Below are positions 18,441 to 28,269 of a stretch of 64,000 bases of DNA, piece after piece; position 1 is the first letter of the stretch, and the number at the start of each line of letters is the position of its first letter. Position numbers and translations under genes: made by a program. The notes beneath the pieces are model-generated. The model was not told the origin of the DNA, did no database searches, and saw only the letters and a program-made list of their open reading frames with translations. The stretch comes from Clostridia bacterium. Its GTDB lineage: Bacteria > Bacillota > Clostridia > UMGS1883 > UMGS1540. The stretch lies in assembly GCA_045533905.1 (NCBI GenBank), contig JAZSIR010000002.1, forward strand, positions 14,622 through 78,621. Direction: 5' to 3'.

Positions 18441-19164
18441 GGCTACATATGATGCCATCCGCGCCGCCCAAAGCGGCGATGCAGCGGCGCTCGAGGCACT
18501 TACGAAAGAAAATACGCCGTTAATTCACAGTATCGTCCGCCGCTTTTACGGCCGCGGCACAGATGAGGAGGACCTTTTTCAAATCGGTGCCATCGGATTT
18601 ATAAAGGCTGTGCGCGCATTTGACACGGCGCGTGGGCTTGCCCTCTCCACCTATGCAGTACCTATGATTATGGGCGAAGTGCGGCGGCATCTTCGCGACA
18701 ATACGATGATAAAGGTCAGCCGCAGCACGAAAGAGCTTGCCGGACGTGCCGCCGCAGCCGCCGGTACGCTTCTGGAAAAAACGGGCAGGGAAGCGAGTCT
18801 CTCGGCTATTGCCGCAGAGCTTGCCGCTCCCGAAGAAGATGTGGCCGCAGCACTTTCCGCCGTGCAGACGCCCGATTCTCTCGAGCGCCCCATCTGCGAC
18901 GGAGACGGTCTTTTGATGGACATTCTGGGCAGCGATGAGGATGTGGCGGAGAAAGCCACAAACCGTGCAGCACTCCTCGCCCTTCTAAATAGCGGGGACC
19001 CTACCGAAAAGGAAGTTCTCCTCTGCCGCTTTTTCAAGGACAGGACACAAAGCGAAACGGCCGCCGCTTTAGGCATTTCACAGGTGCAGGTTTCTCGTAT
19101 GGAGAAACGTGCCCTCAAACGGCTGCGCGCTCTTCTGGGCACAGATACACGAGAAAAAGATTGA
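18433..19164 (+). CDS. sigF: RNA polymerase sporulation sigma factor F
   Basis: DLFQIGAIG, STYAVPMIMGEVRR, TQSE..GISQVQVSRME; third gene of the spoIIA operon. Confidence 0.92.
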   Translation: MDKATYDAIRAAQSGDAAALEALTKENTPLIHSIVRRFYGRGTDEEDLFQIGAIGFIKAVRAFDTARGLALSTYAVPMIMGEVRRHLRDNTMIKVSRSTKELAGRAAAAAGTLLEKTGREASLSAIAAELAAPEEDVAAALSAVQTPDSLERPICDGDGLLMDILGSDEDVAEKATNRAALLALLNSGDPTEKEVLLCRFFKDRTQSETAAALGISQVQVSRMEKRALKRLRALLGTDTREKD

Positions 19165-19189
19165 CAAAAAAACTCTTTTATGCTATCCT
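19161..19189 (+). promoter_or_regulatory. Sigma-A promoter of rnpB
   Basis: TTGACA-N17-TATCCT with TG extension, overlapping the sigF stop. Confidence 0.7.
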
Positions 19190-19195
19190 TAATTT

Positions 19196-19530
19196 GTGAG
19201 TAGGTCGGGCAATCGCGGCAGGGCGCACGCCCTGGTGAGGAAAGTCCGAGCACCAAAGGGCAAGGGTGCCAGATAACGTCTGGTGGAGGCGACTCTAAGG
19301 ATAGTGTAACAGAAAACAACCGCCGATTTTTCGGTAAGGATGGAAAGGCGAGGTAAGAGCTCACCGGCGGTATGGAGACATACCGGCCGTATAAACCCCA
19401 CCCGGTGCAACACCGACAGAAGAGATAAGCCGGCCCGGCACTTCTTCGACCGGTGGCTAAAGCCGTATAGCAATATGCGGCGTAGATAGATGATTGTCTG
19501 AGACAGAACTCGGCTTACAGACTTACTCAC
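19196..19530 (+). ncRNA. rnpB: RNase P RNA (type A)
   Basis: GAGGAAAGTCC, AGTGTAACAGAAA, GTAAGAGC, AAACCCC, AGATAGATGATT, ACAGAACTCGGCTTA; P1 gtgagtaggtc/gacttactcac. Confidence 0.97.
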
Positions 19531-19545
19531 CGTTTTGACCCTTTT

Positions 19546-19569
19546 CCCCGCAGAGCCTGCGGGGTTTTT
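19546..19569 (+). terminator. Terminator after rnpB
   Basis: ccccgcag/ctgcgggg plus T tract. Confidence 0.85.
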
Positions 19570-19679
19570 ATTGCCCCTTTCTTAAAATCGACATTTTTCG
19601 CCGGATTCGTTTCATTGCAGAAAATTTTTTCCACCGCTTCTTCCGATATCGAAAAAAATGCGGACTTTTCAGGGGATTG

Positions 19680-19708
19680 TTGACTTTTTCTTTTGTGGCA
19701 ATTATAAT
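19680..19708 (+). promoter_or_regulatory. Sigma-A promoter of the dat-pxp-alr operon
   Basis: TTGACT-N17-TATAAT. Confidence 0.75.
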
Positions 19709-19768
19709 GAGAAAAAACGGCTGAATCGGTAGATTTTGCCATAAAAACCTGTAAGGAGATATGTTATT

Positions 19769-20611
19769 ATGAAGAATCTTGGCTACTACAACGGCAAATT
19801 CGGTGAAATCGAAGAAATGTCCGTTCCGATGAACGACAGAGTCTGCTACTTTGGCGACGGTGTATATGATGCAACCTACAGCCGCAACTACAAAATCTTT
19901 GCGCTGGATGAGCACATTGACCGTCTTTACAATAGCGCCGCCCTTCTCAAAATTGAAATCGCACAGACCAAGGAAGAAATGAAGGCCATCTTAAACGAAA
20001 TGGTCGCTAAGATGGACACCGGCGAAAACTTTGTATACTGGCAGGTAACCCGCGGCACCGGCAAGCGTAACCACGTATTCCCGACCGACGGCTCCAAGGC
20101 AAACCTCTGGATTGCCATTTCCCCGAAGGATATCGTAGACGTATACAAGAAAATTAAGCTTATCACAATGGAAGACACACGTTTCCTCCATTGCAATATT
20201 AAGACCTTAAACCTCATCCCGTCGGTTATGGCTTCCCAGAAGGCGAAAGAAGCCGGCTGCGACGAAACGGTTCTCCACCGCGGTGAAAGAGTTACGGAAT
20301 GTGCGCACAGCAATGTACATATCATTCGTGACGGTATGTTCGTAACTCCGCCGACAGATCACCTCATCCTCCCCGGCATTGCCCGCGCACACCTTATCAA
20401 GGCTTGCAAAAAGCTCGGCATTGCAGTAGATGAAACACCGTTTACAATGGATGATCTTATGCATGCAGACGAAGTTATCGTTTCTTCTTCCGGTTCTCTC
20501 TGCCTCGCTGCTGAAATCGTGGACGGCAAGCCCGTTGGCGGCCGTGCTCCGGAAATTCTGAAGGCAATTCAGGACGAAGTTCTCCGTGAATTCATGGAAG
20601 CTACAAACTAA
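19769..20611 (+). CDS. dat: D-amino-acid aminotransferase (class IV PLP)
   Basis: DR..YFGDGVYD, QVTRG..RNH, NIKTLNL (PLP lysine), TECAHSN, ILPGI. Confidence 0.85.
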   Translation: MKNLGYYNGKFGEIEEMSVPMNDRVCYFGDGVYDATYSRNYKIFALDEHIDRLYNSAALLKIEIAQTKEEMKAILNEMVAKMDTGENFVYWQVTRGTGKRNHVFPTDGSKANLWIAISPKDIVDVYKKIKLITMEDTRFLHCNIKTLNLIPSVMASQKAKEAGCDETVLHRGERVTECAHSNVHIIRDGMFVTPPTDHLILPGIARAHLIKACKKLGIAVDETPFTMDDLMHADEVIVSSSGSLCLAAEIVDGKPVGGRAPEILKAIQDEVLREFMEATN

Positions 20612-20623
20612 GGAGAAACGAAT

Positions 20624-21688
20624 ATGACACAAAAGGATATTACCATCTTAAACCTCGGTCAGAGCCTTGATGACCTTGCAAACCTCGACCCGAGAGGCTA
20701 CGGCGTTTGCAAAATCCTCTACAAGGCATCGAGAGAGCTTGCGGGCGAGCCGACCTGTATGCACGCTGCTAAAAAGCTCGTTTCGACCGTAAAAGAAGGC
20801 GACTTTGTTTATGTTATGACAGGCTTTGTTCTCCGCCCCTATAAAAAGGCGGAAATGGACGGCATTGTAAGCTCGATGCTCCTTTGCCGCGCACTTGTAA
20901 AAGCCTTTGGTGCAAAGCCGGTTATCATTTGCCCCGAGGATAACTATGAAGCTGTGAAGAACCTCGCCGCATGTGTAGGTCTTCACCTCTTTGAAGACCT
21001 TGAGGACCTTCGGAATATTCCCGTTTTGATGGGCGTAGTATGTTTTACAAAGGATGCAGATAAGGCCGCGGCCGAGGCCGATGAAATCATCGCCAAGATG
21101 CCGCCCAAGGCTGTAGTAAGCATTGAATGCCCGGGCGCAAACGCCAAGGGTGTATACCATAACGCAATTGGTCTCGATGTAACACCGCTGGAAGCGAAGC
21201 AGGATGTTCTATTTGAAAAAATTCAGAAGATGGGCGTTTTGAACATTGCCATCGGTGACCTTGGCAACGAAATCGGCATGGGTGCGATTCGTGACGCGCT
21301 CTGTGCGCACATCCCCTATGCAAGAGAAGGCGCTTGCAGTTGCGGCTGCGAAGGCGGCCTTGCCGTTACAACCGCGGCTGATAACCTCATCACCGCCACC
21401 GTTTCCGACTGGGGCTGCTATGCTATGATTGCGGCTATGGCATTCCTTCTCGAAAACGTAGATGTTATGCATACCGAGGAGCTTGAAAAGGCCGCCATTA
21501 TCTGCGCCAGCCGAAGCGGCATGATTGACATGTATGGTTGGCTCATTCCCGCAGTGGACGGATTCGGTCTTGAGATTAATCTCCCCATCGTATCCCTTAT
21601 GCGCGAAATGGTAAAGAGCGCTCTTTCCCTTCGCGAAACCTGCAAAACTTGGTTTGAAAAGGTAGAGGAATTACATTTCTTCGGCTAA
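20624..21688 (+). CDS. DUF4392 / D-glutamate cyclase-like domain protein
   Basis: TGF, EMDG, IECPG.N..G.YH, IAIGDLGNEIGMG, VSDWGCY motifs. Confidence 0.75.
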   Translation: MTQKDITILNLGQSLDDLANLDPRGYGVCKILYKASRELAGEPTCMHAAKKLVSTVKEGDFVYVMTGFVLRPYKKAEMDGIVSSMLLCRALVKAFGAKPVIICPEDNYEAVKNLAACVGLHLFEDLEDLRNIPVLMGVVCFTKDADKAAAEADEIIAKMPPKAVVSIECPGANAKGVYHNAIGLDVTPLEAKQDVLFEKIQKMGVLNIAIGDLGNEIGMGAIRDALCAHIPYAREGACSCGCEGGLAVTTAADNLITATVSDWGCYAMIAAMAFLLENVDVMHTEELEKAAIICASRSGMIDMYGWLIPAVDGFGLEINLPIVSLMREMVKSALSLRETCKTWFEKVEELHFFG

Positions 21689-21712
21689 GCCGGGAAAGGC
21701 TTTGGTACTTTT

Positions 21713-22426
21713 ATGGAAAAGGTAAAATTTCTCCCCTCGGGTGACAGCGCCGTTACGGTTTTGTTCTCTACGGAAATAAACGAAGAGACCAACCGCAAAA
21801 TTCGGTATTTAGCTGCACAGATTGAGAAAAAAGGGATTCGCGGCATCCGCGAAAGCGTGCCCACCTTTTGCAGTATTACGATTTATTTTGATCCGTTTGT
21901 CATCTCGGAGAAAAAAGTAGAAAGAAAAATCCAAAAGATTATAAAAGCTTATAAGGAAGGCTCCGCCGGCACTCGGCGGGTCTTCCTTATTCCCGTTTGT
22001 TACGACGGGGAGCATGCGCCGGATATGGACGATGTATGCACGCTTTGCGGCCTTACAAAGGAAGAGGTAATCGCCATTCACTCCGGCACCGATTATCTTA
22101 TCTACATGCTCGGCTTTTTGCCGGGTTTCCCGTATCTTGGCGGTATGGACCCGCGCATTGAAGCGCCGCGTCTTGACACGCCGCGCACCACGATTTTCGA
22201 AGGTGCCGTGGGCATCGGCGGCAAGCAAACGGGGATTTACCCTCTCGCTTCCCCCGGCGGTTGGCGGCTTATCGGGCGCACACCCTTTAAGGTTTACGAC
22301 CCTGAAAGAGAAACGCCGATTCTGTATAAAGCCGGCGACTATATCCGTTTTTATCCCATCACAGAAGCAGAATTTGATGCGATGCGGCAAAACGGATGCG
22401 AAATTGAAATCAGGGAGGAACGATAA
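21713..22426 (+). CDS. pxpB: 5-oxoprolinase subunit B (KipI-like)
   Basis: SGDSA, IPVCY, GFLPGFPYLG, GGKQTGIYP..SPGGWRLIGRT. Confidence 0.93.
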   Translation: MEKVKFLPSGDSAVTVLFSTEINEETNRKIRYLAAQIEKKGIRGIRESVPTFCSITIYFDPFVISEKKVERKIQKIIKAYKEGSAGTRRVFLIPVCYDGEHAPDMDDVCTLCGLTKEEVIAIHSGTDYLIYMLGFLPGFPYLGGMDPRIEAPRLDTPRTTIFEGAVGIGGKQTGIYPLASPGGWRLIGRTPFKVYDPERETPILYKAGDYIRFYPITEAEFDAMRQNGCEIEIREER

Positions 22427-23373
22427 TGTACGCGATGACAATTCTCTCCCCCGGCCCCCTTTCCACGGTGCAGGATGAAGGCCGCTTCGGCTATATGAGC
22501 ACCGGTTTTTCGCCCGGTGGTGCCATGGATACAAAGGCCGCAAAAACCGCCAATATCCTCGTGGGCAATGCTCCTATGGATGGCGTAATTGAAATGACAG
22601 TTATGGGGCTTTCCGCACAGTTTTCGTGCGATACCCTTGTAGCGATTACCGGTGCCGATATGGTACCCGAACTAAACGGCGAGGCCGTACCGATGTATCG
22701 GGCCATCCCCGTGCATGCAGGCGATACGCTCACGATGAAGCTTGCAAAAAGCGGTATGCGTGCCTATCTCGCTGTAGCCGGCGGCTTTGACCTTCCCACG
22801 AGTATGGGCAGTATGTCCACCAATTTAAAATGCGCGCTTGGCGGCATGGAGGGCAGAAAGCTCCAAAGAGGTGACGTGTTACCGCTTCGCCGCACCATCC
22901 CCTCTTTCCCGAAGGATGTGCGCGCAACTTCTCCCGAAACCTATTCGAAGGCGCTCACAGTTCGCGTGATTTTAGGACCGCAGGATGACTTTTTCACAAA
23001 AAAAGGACTCGAGACTTTCCTATCGTGTGCGTATGTGGTCACCGACAAGTCCGACCGTATGGGCGTGCGACTTGACGGGGAAAAGATTGAGAACAAAAAC
23101 GGCGTAGATATTATTTCCGACGGCATCGCGACGGGGTCCATCCAAATCCCTGCCTCCGGCACGCCGATTATTATGATGGCCGACAGGCAAACGACAGGCG
23201 GCTATGCAAAAATCGCCACGGTAATTTCTGCGGACCTTCCCAAAATTGCGCAGGCCGCGCCCGGCACGGAAATCCGCTTTACGGCTATCTCGCAAAAAGA
23301 TGCCGTTCGCATTCTCCGAAAAGAAGAACTGAAATTAAAAGCACTCGAATACCGTTTGCTTTTTAAAGATTAA
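22426..23373 (+). CDS. pxpC: 5-oxoprolinase subunit C (KipA-like)
   Basis: TVQDEGR.G, GAMD, G.RAYLAV.GG, SDRMG.RL, GSIQIP, DRQTTGGY.KI. Confidence 0.93.
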   Translation: MYAMTILSPGPLSTVQDEGRFGYMSTGFSPGGAMDTKAAKTANILVGNAPMDGVIEMTVMGLSAQFSCDTLVAITGADMVPELNGEAVPMYRAIPVHAGDTLTMKLAKSGMRAYLAVAGGFDLPTSMGSMSTNLKCALGGMEGRKLQRGDVLPLRRTIPSFPKDVRATSPETYSKALTVRVILGPQDDFFTKKGLETFLSCAYVVTDKSDRMGVRLDGEKIENKNGVDIISDGIATGSIQIPASGTPIIMMADRQTTGGYAKIATVISADLPKIAQAAPGTEIRFTAISQKDAVRILRKEELKLKALEYRLLFKD

Positions 23374-23378
23374 ACGAG

Positions 23379-24173
23379 GTGAAAAGAATGGATTATGCAA
23401 AAATGTTACCTTCCGAAGTGCGAAAGCTTATTCGTGAAGAAAAAATCACCGGGCAAACCTCGGGTATGTGCGAAACGTATGCCCAGGGCAACCTCTTGAT
23501 TTTACCCCGCGCCGAGGCGTATGATTTTCTCCTTTTTACACAGAGAAACCCGAAGTCCTGCCCCATTTTGGAGGTTGGCGATGTGGGTAGCCGCCTTGTA
23601 AAGAAAATGGCGGATAACGGGGATATTGCAACCGATATTCCGAAATATCGCGTTTGGGAAAACGGCGTTTTGACCGGTGAATACACAAACGTTTCGCATT
23701 TATGGAGAGATGATTTTGTATACTTCCTCATTGGCTGCTCCTTCTCCTTTGAAGGCGAGCTTCTCGCCTCGAACGTGCCTGTACGCCACATCGAAGAAGG
23801 TAAAAATGTGCCGATGTACCTTACGAACATTCCTTGCGAAGAAGCCGGTATGTTTCACGGCAATCTCGTTGTGAGTATGCGTCCTATGCCCGCTTCCGAT
23901 GTTATCCGTGCCGTCAGCATCACTTCTTCCATGCCGCGCGTGCACGGCGCACCAATTCACATCGGTGATCCCGAAAAAATCGGTATTCGCGACATTATGA
24001 AGCCGGACTTTGGCGACAGCGTAACGATTCATGAAGGTGAAATCCCCGTATTCTGGTGCTGTGGTGTTACGCCGCAGTCGGTTGTAATGAGTGCAAAGCC
24101 GCCCATTGCGATTTCCCATGCACCGGGTCATATGTTTATTACCGATGTCAAAAATTCTTTGTTAAAGGACTGA
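23379..24173 (+). CDS. DUF1445/YcsI putative hydro-lyase
   Basis: [55 protein letters not shown]. Confidence 0.9.
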   Translation: MKRMDYAKMLPSEVRKLIREEKITGQTSGMCETYAQGNLLILPRAEAYDFLLFTQRNPKSCPILEVGDVGSRLVKKMADNGDIATDIPKYRVWENGVLTGEYTNVSHLWRDDFVYFLIGCSFSFEGELLASNVPVRHIEEGKNVPMYLTNIPCEEAGMFHGNLVVSMRPMPASDVIRAVSITSSMPRVHGAPIHIGDPEKIGIRDIMKPDFGDSVTIHEGEIPVFWCCGVTPQSVVMSAKPPIAISHAPGHMFITDVKNSLLKD

Positions 24174-24181
24174 TTTTTCGA

Positions 24182-24964
24182 ATGTTTGCAATAGATCTCA
24201 ACAGCGACCTTGGCGAAAGCTTCGGCGCCTATAAAATCGGCCGGGATACGGATGTGATTCCGCTCGTTTCCTCGGCAAACGTAGCTTGCGGTTTTCACGC
24301 GGGTGACCCCACCATTATGGCAGAAACGGCAAAGCTTTGTGCTAGTGCCGGCATCGGCATCGGTGCACATCCCGGTTATAATGACCTTGTAGGCTTCGGC
24401 AGAAGAAATATGAGCGTTTCCCCGAAGGATGTAAAAAACCTTATTATCTATCAGGTGGGAGCCCTCGATGCTTTCTGCAAGGCAAATGGCATTTCGCTTT
24501 GCCACGTAAAGCCGCACGGCGCGCTTTACAATATGGCCGCAAAAGACGTTTCTCTCGCGGAAGCTATTTGCGAAGGTATTTATGCCTACAACCCCTCTCT
24601 CATTTTGATGGGTCTTTCCGGAAGCTGTATGATTTCCGCCGCCAAAAAGCTTGGTCTCCCCTATGCCGCCGAGGTATTTGCCGACCGCGCATATGAAGAT
24701 GACGGCACACTCGTAGCAAGAACAAAGCCGGGCGCTATGATTTCGGATGAGGATGAAGCCGTCTCCCGTGTTATCGGTATGATTAAAAATCATAGCGTGA
24801 CTTCGATAAACGGCAACGAAATCGAAATTTGCCCCGATTCCGTTTGTGTGCATGGCGACAGCGAAAAGGCGCTTCTCTTTGTAAAGAAAATTCGTGCCGC
24901 GCTGGAAAAGGAAAGCATTGCGATAAAGCCGGTTTCCGAAATCGTCGCAGAAAGGGCGAACTAG
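24182..24964 (+). CDS. pxpA: 5-oxoprolinase subunit A (LamB/YcsF)
   Basis: [51 protein letters not shown]. Confidence 0.95.
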   Translation: MFAIDLNSDLGESFGAYKIGRDTDVIPLVSSANVACGFHAGDPTIMAETAKLCASAGIGIGAHPGYNDLVGFGRRNMSVSPKDVKNLIIYQVGALDAFCKANGISLCHVKPHGALYNMAAKDVSLAEAICEGIYAYNPSLILMGLSGSCMISAAKKLGLPYAAEVFADRAYEDDGTLVARTKPGAMISDEDEAVSRVIGMIKNHSVTSINGNEIEICPDSVCVHGDSEKALLFVKKIRAALEKESIAIKPVSEIVAERAN

Positions 24965-24965
24965 T

Positions 24966-26126
24966 ATGGATTCTACACACGTATATGAAAAATACAGCCG
25001 CACGTTTGCGCGCATTGACCTGGATGCAATTTCGCACAATCTGTCCCAGCTCAAAAGCTGCATTGCACCGGGTGTTCGCGCTATGGCCGTTGTAAAGGCC
25101 GACGGCTACGGGCACGGCAGCGTGCGCGTGGCACGGCACATTGAAGAAGATGTGGATTACTTCGCGGTGGCAGAGCTTAGCGAAGCCATTATTCTTCGCG
25201 AAGGCGGCATACAGAAACCGATTTTAATTCTCTCGTATACGAGTCCCCTCCAGTATGATACGCTTCTTTCCTATGACATTACGGCCTCGATTTATAACTA
25301 CGAAGAAGCCGTGGCACTGTCGGAAGCCGCCGAAAAGATGGGAAAACGCGCCTGTGTACATGCAGTTGTAGATACAGGTATGGGGCGTATCGGCGTAAAA
25401 CCCTCCGCGGAAGGTGCCGATATCATAAAGAACATTTCTCTTCTGCCCGGGCTTTATGTGGAAGGGCTTTTCAGCCACTACGCCTGTGCGGATTGCGAGA
25501 ATAAGTGCGATGCGCTTTCACAAACGGCTCTTTTTGACGCGTTTATCGCGCTTTTATCCGAACGCTCGGTTGAAATCCCGATAAAGCACATCTGCAATAG
25601 TGCCGGTACCATGGATTTTACAAAGCAGTATGATATGTGCCGCCTCGGCATTGCGCTCTACGGGCTTTATCCGTCGGATGAGATGGATACGGAGAAAATC
25701 GAGCTCCATCCTGCGATGGAGGTTGTCAGCCATGTTGTACATACCAAAACGGTACCGAAAGGCTTCCAGATCGGGTACGGGCATATTTATACAGCACCCG
25801 AAGAGCGCCGCGTGGCCACCGTTTGCATCGGCTATGCGGACGGGTTCAACCGCTGCCTCACAGGCGCCGGATATGTGCTTATTCACGGTAAAAAGGCCCC
25901 GATTGTCGGCAAAGTTTGTATGGACCAGATTATGGTCGATATCACCGACATTCCGGACATTTTAGTAGGTGATCACGCCGTTATCCTCGGCAAAAACGAT
26001 GGCGCCGTTCTCTCGGCTGAAGACTTTGGCGCGATGTGCCACAGCTTTAACTACGAAGTGGTTTGCACCTTTATGCCGCGCGTTGAACGGCTTTACTACA
26101 AGGGAGAAACGCTTCTCTCAGAGTAA
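24966..26126 (+). CDS. alr: Alanine racemase family protein
   Basis: AVVKADGYGHG (PLP lysine), DTGMGRIG, NSAG, IGYG, GYADG, VCMDQ, NYE. Confidence 0.93.
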   Translation: MDSTHVYEKYSRTFARIDLDAISHNLSQLKSCIAPGVRAMAVVKADGYGHGSVRVARHIEEDVDYFAVAELSEAIILREGGIQKPILILSYTSPLQYDTLLSYDITASIYNYEEAVALSEAAEKMGKRACVHAVVDTGMGRIGVKPSAEGADIIKNISLLPGLYVEGLFSHYACADCENKCDALSQTALFDAFIALLSERSVEIPIKHICNSAGTMDFTKQYDMCRLGIALYGLYPSDEMDTEKIELHPAMEVVSHVVHTKTVPKGFQIGYGHIYTAPEERRVATVCIGYADGFNRCLTGAGYVLIHGKKAPIVGKVCMDQIMVDITDIPDILVGDHAVILGKNDGAVLSAEDFGAMCHSFNYEVVCTFMPRVERLYYKGETLLSE

Positions 26127-26143
26127 TTCAAAACACAACAAGG

Positions 26144-26342
26144 CAGACATCGAAAAACGAAGGTATATTTTACGAAATCGGTACGATGGTACAGTAGAGA
26201 ACGATTTCGTAAAAAGCAAGAAATGACGGAGATTCTCGATGAATCGCCGTCATTAAAATTTATAATTCTTTGCGGGGGAAGAGGAATACGCAAAGTGTTT
26301 ATGAGAGTATTCTTGCGGTAGAGCAAGTTTTTCGACAGTCTG
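26144..26342. repeat. Dispersed ~200-bp structured repeat, copy 2
   Basis: Homologous to 15384-15591; ends cagacatcgaaaaac...gtttttcgacagtctg. Confidence 0.85.
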
Positions 26343-26372
26343 AAGGCAGAAACGAATCGTTTCTGCCTTTTT
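26343..26372. terminator. Terminator between alr and pdaA
   Basis: aaggcagaaacga/tcgtttctgcctt plus T tract. Confidence 0.85.
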
Positions 26373-26373
26373 A

Positions 26374-27153
26374 TTATTGCACGTATTCGTCCAAAGAACG
26401 GAATTCGTACCCTTCGGCGCGTGCCGAATCAATGATATCCCCAAGTGCTTCGGCATTATCGCGCGATACGGCGTGTAAAAGAATGACCGCGCCGCCGTGA
26501 AGCCCTGCCATCACCTTATTATAGGCATAGGCTTTTCCGCGGCTTTCGTTTTGCGCCCAGTCCTCATATGCAAAGCTCCAGAAAACGTTGGTGTACCCCA
26601 TTTTTTGGGTAAGTGCAAGCGTTCGCTCGTTATACTCGCCTTTTGGCGGACGGAGATACCGCATGCTAGCCCCAAACTTTTCGGAAAATGCGCGCGTAAG
26701 ACCTACAATCTCTTCTTCCAGCTTTTTGTCGTCCGTCACCGTCGGGAGCGAAGGGTGATTTACAGTATGATTTCCCACAATATGCCCTTCCTCCACCATG
26801 CGCCCGACAAGATCGGGGTGCGAGTTTAGATAGTCCATTGTAATAAAAAAAGCGGCCGGTACGTTTTTTTCTTTTAACGTGTCGAGAATCCCGGCGGTGT
26901 ATCCGTTTTCATACCCTTCATCGAATGTAAGATAGATGCCTTTATCCTCTTTCCCCATGTAAAGGCATCCGTATGTATCCATAGCCGCAATTTGTTCCGC
27001 GGTAAATTCCGGCCTTCCCCCGGGCATACGGCGAAAGCCCCACCCTTCGACGGCTGCCGCAACCGGCGCCGTTTTCTCTTTTGGCGGTGCTTCTCCTGCC
27101 GCGCACCCTGCAAGCAAAAGTGCCGAAAGCGCGAAACTCATCAGCTTTTTCAT
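26374..27153 (-). CDS. pdaA: Muramic delta-lactam-forming N-deacetylase PdaA-like lipoprotein
   Basis: Lipobox LAGC, YLTFDEGYENGYT, GNHTVNHP, RPPKG, FWSFAY.DW, LLHAVS.DN. Confidence 0.88.
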   Translation of the reverse strand: MKKLMSFALSALLLAGCAAGEAPPKEKTAPVAAAVEGWGFRRMPGGRPEFTAEQIAAMDTYGCLYMGKEDKGIYLTFDEGYENGYTAGILDTLKEKNVPAAFFITMDYLNSHPDLVGRMVEEGHIVGNHTVNHPSLPTVTDDKKLEEEIVGLTRAFSEKFGASMRYLRPPKGEYNERTLALTQKMGYTNVFWSFAYEDWAQNESRGKAYAYNKVMAGLHGGAVILLHAVSRDNAEALGDIIDSARAEGYEFRSLDEYVQ

Positions 27154-28250
27154 ATAATGGCTCCTTTCCGAACAACAAGCGGGTACGAAGGCGTTCCGGC
27201 AAGATGTCTCCCCGCCCGCATCAGGCAATTCTTATCGAAGATTACATTTTCTGCACGGCAATCTGCATCGATATACGTTTTCTCCATCACAATGCAGTTT
27301 TTCAGATGCGCGTTTTTCCCGAGATGTACGCCGCCTGAGAAAATGCAGTTTTCGGCGCGTCCTTCCAGCATACAGCCGTCCGCTACAATCGAATGGTGCA
27401 CTTCGGCCGCCTCTCCGTACCGCGTCGGCGCATACTGCCCCGCACGTGTAAAAATCTCCTCTTTTCCGCGAAAAAGAGTGCTCTGTATTTTTTCATCGAG
27501 AAGCCCCATATGCATCTCAAAATAGGCACGGGGGCTATCTACTGTCCATACCCTTCCCTCTTCCGTATGCACATATATACGAAGGCTTCCGCGGTAGTGC
27601 AGAAACAGTTCCTCTAAAGAGCCGCAAACGCCCGCCTCTTTTGCCCCCGCGAGGAGATCTATAAGAAGGGATTTGGAAAGGATATACATCCCCATACCGA
27701 AAAAACGGCCTTCTGCGTGATGCGGATCAAGTGCCATTTTTTCCACCCTGCCCTCTCTGTCAGCCTCTAAAACGAAGTGACGGGAAGGATTCGTACGTCC
27801 CGCATGGCAAAGCACTGTCACATCCGCCTCTTTTTCTTTATGAAAAGCAATCGCGCGCGAAAAATTCACATTGCAAACGGTATTCGCCCGTGCGAGGACT
27901 ACAAGGCGCTGTCGGCTCTTTGCAAGATACGGAATACTTTCCGAAAGCGTACGCACATCGTCTGTATAAAAAGCGGCGCCCACGCCTTGCGGCGGGAGAA
28001 TATGCAATCCCCCGGTCTGTCTCCTGAGGTCCCACGCCTCGCCTGCGCCAAGATATGAAAAAAGAGATGCACATTGTTTGCCCGTCAAAACGGCAACATT
28101 TGTAATGGCGGAATTGGCCATAGCACTGAGTGCAAAATCAATAAGGCGATAGTGCCCGCAAACGGGGAGCGATGCGCCTGTGCGCTCTGCGCAGAGTTCC
28201 CGGAGGCCCCCGCCCGCATTCGTTAGCAGTAGTCCCATCGCATTTTGCAT
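27150..28250 (-). CDS. glgD: Glucose-1-phosphate adenylyltransferase subunit GlgD
   Basis: Degenerate GlgC paralog: SLP..G.YRLIDFALS, WDL.R..GGL, left-handed beta-helix tail. Confidence 0.85.
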   Translation of the reverse strand: MQNAMGLLLTNAGGGLRELCAERTGASLPVCGHYRLIDFALSAMANSAITNVAVLTGKQCASLFSYLGAGEAWDLRRQTGGLHILPPQGVGAAFYTDDVRTLSESIPYLAKSRQRLVVLARANTVCNVNFSRAIAFHKEKEADVTVLCHAGRTNPSRHFVLEADREGRVEKMALDPHHAEGRFFGMGMYILSKSLLIDLLAGAKEAGVCGSLEELFLHYRGSLRIYVHTEEGRVWTVDSPRAYFEMHMGLLDEKIQSTLFRGKEEIFTRAGQYAPTRYGEAAEVHHSIVADGCMLEGRAENCIFSGGVHLGKNAHLKNCIVMEKTYIDADCRAENVIFDKNCLMRAGRHLAGTPSYPLVVRKGAII

Positions 28251-28269
28251 TTCATCTTCCTCCATCCGC

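Noticed and set aside
18651-19530. Minus-strand ORFs overlapping sigF and rnpB
   Set aside because: Antisense to well-supported genes; typical spurious translations of RNase P RNA.
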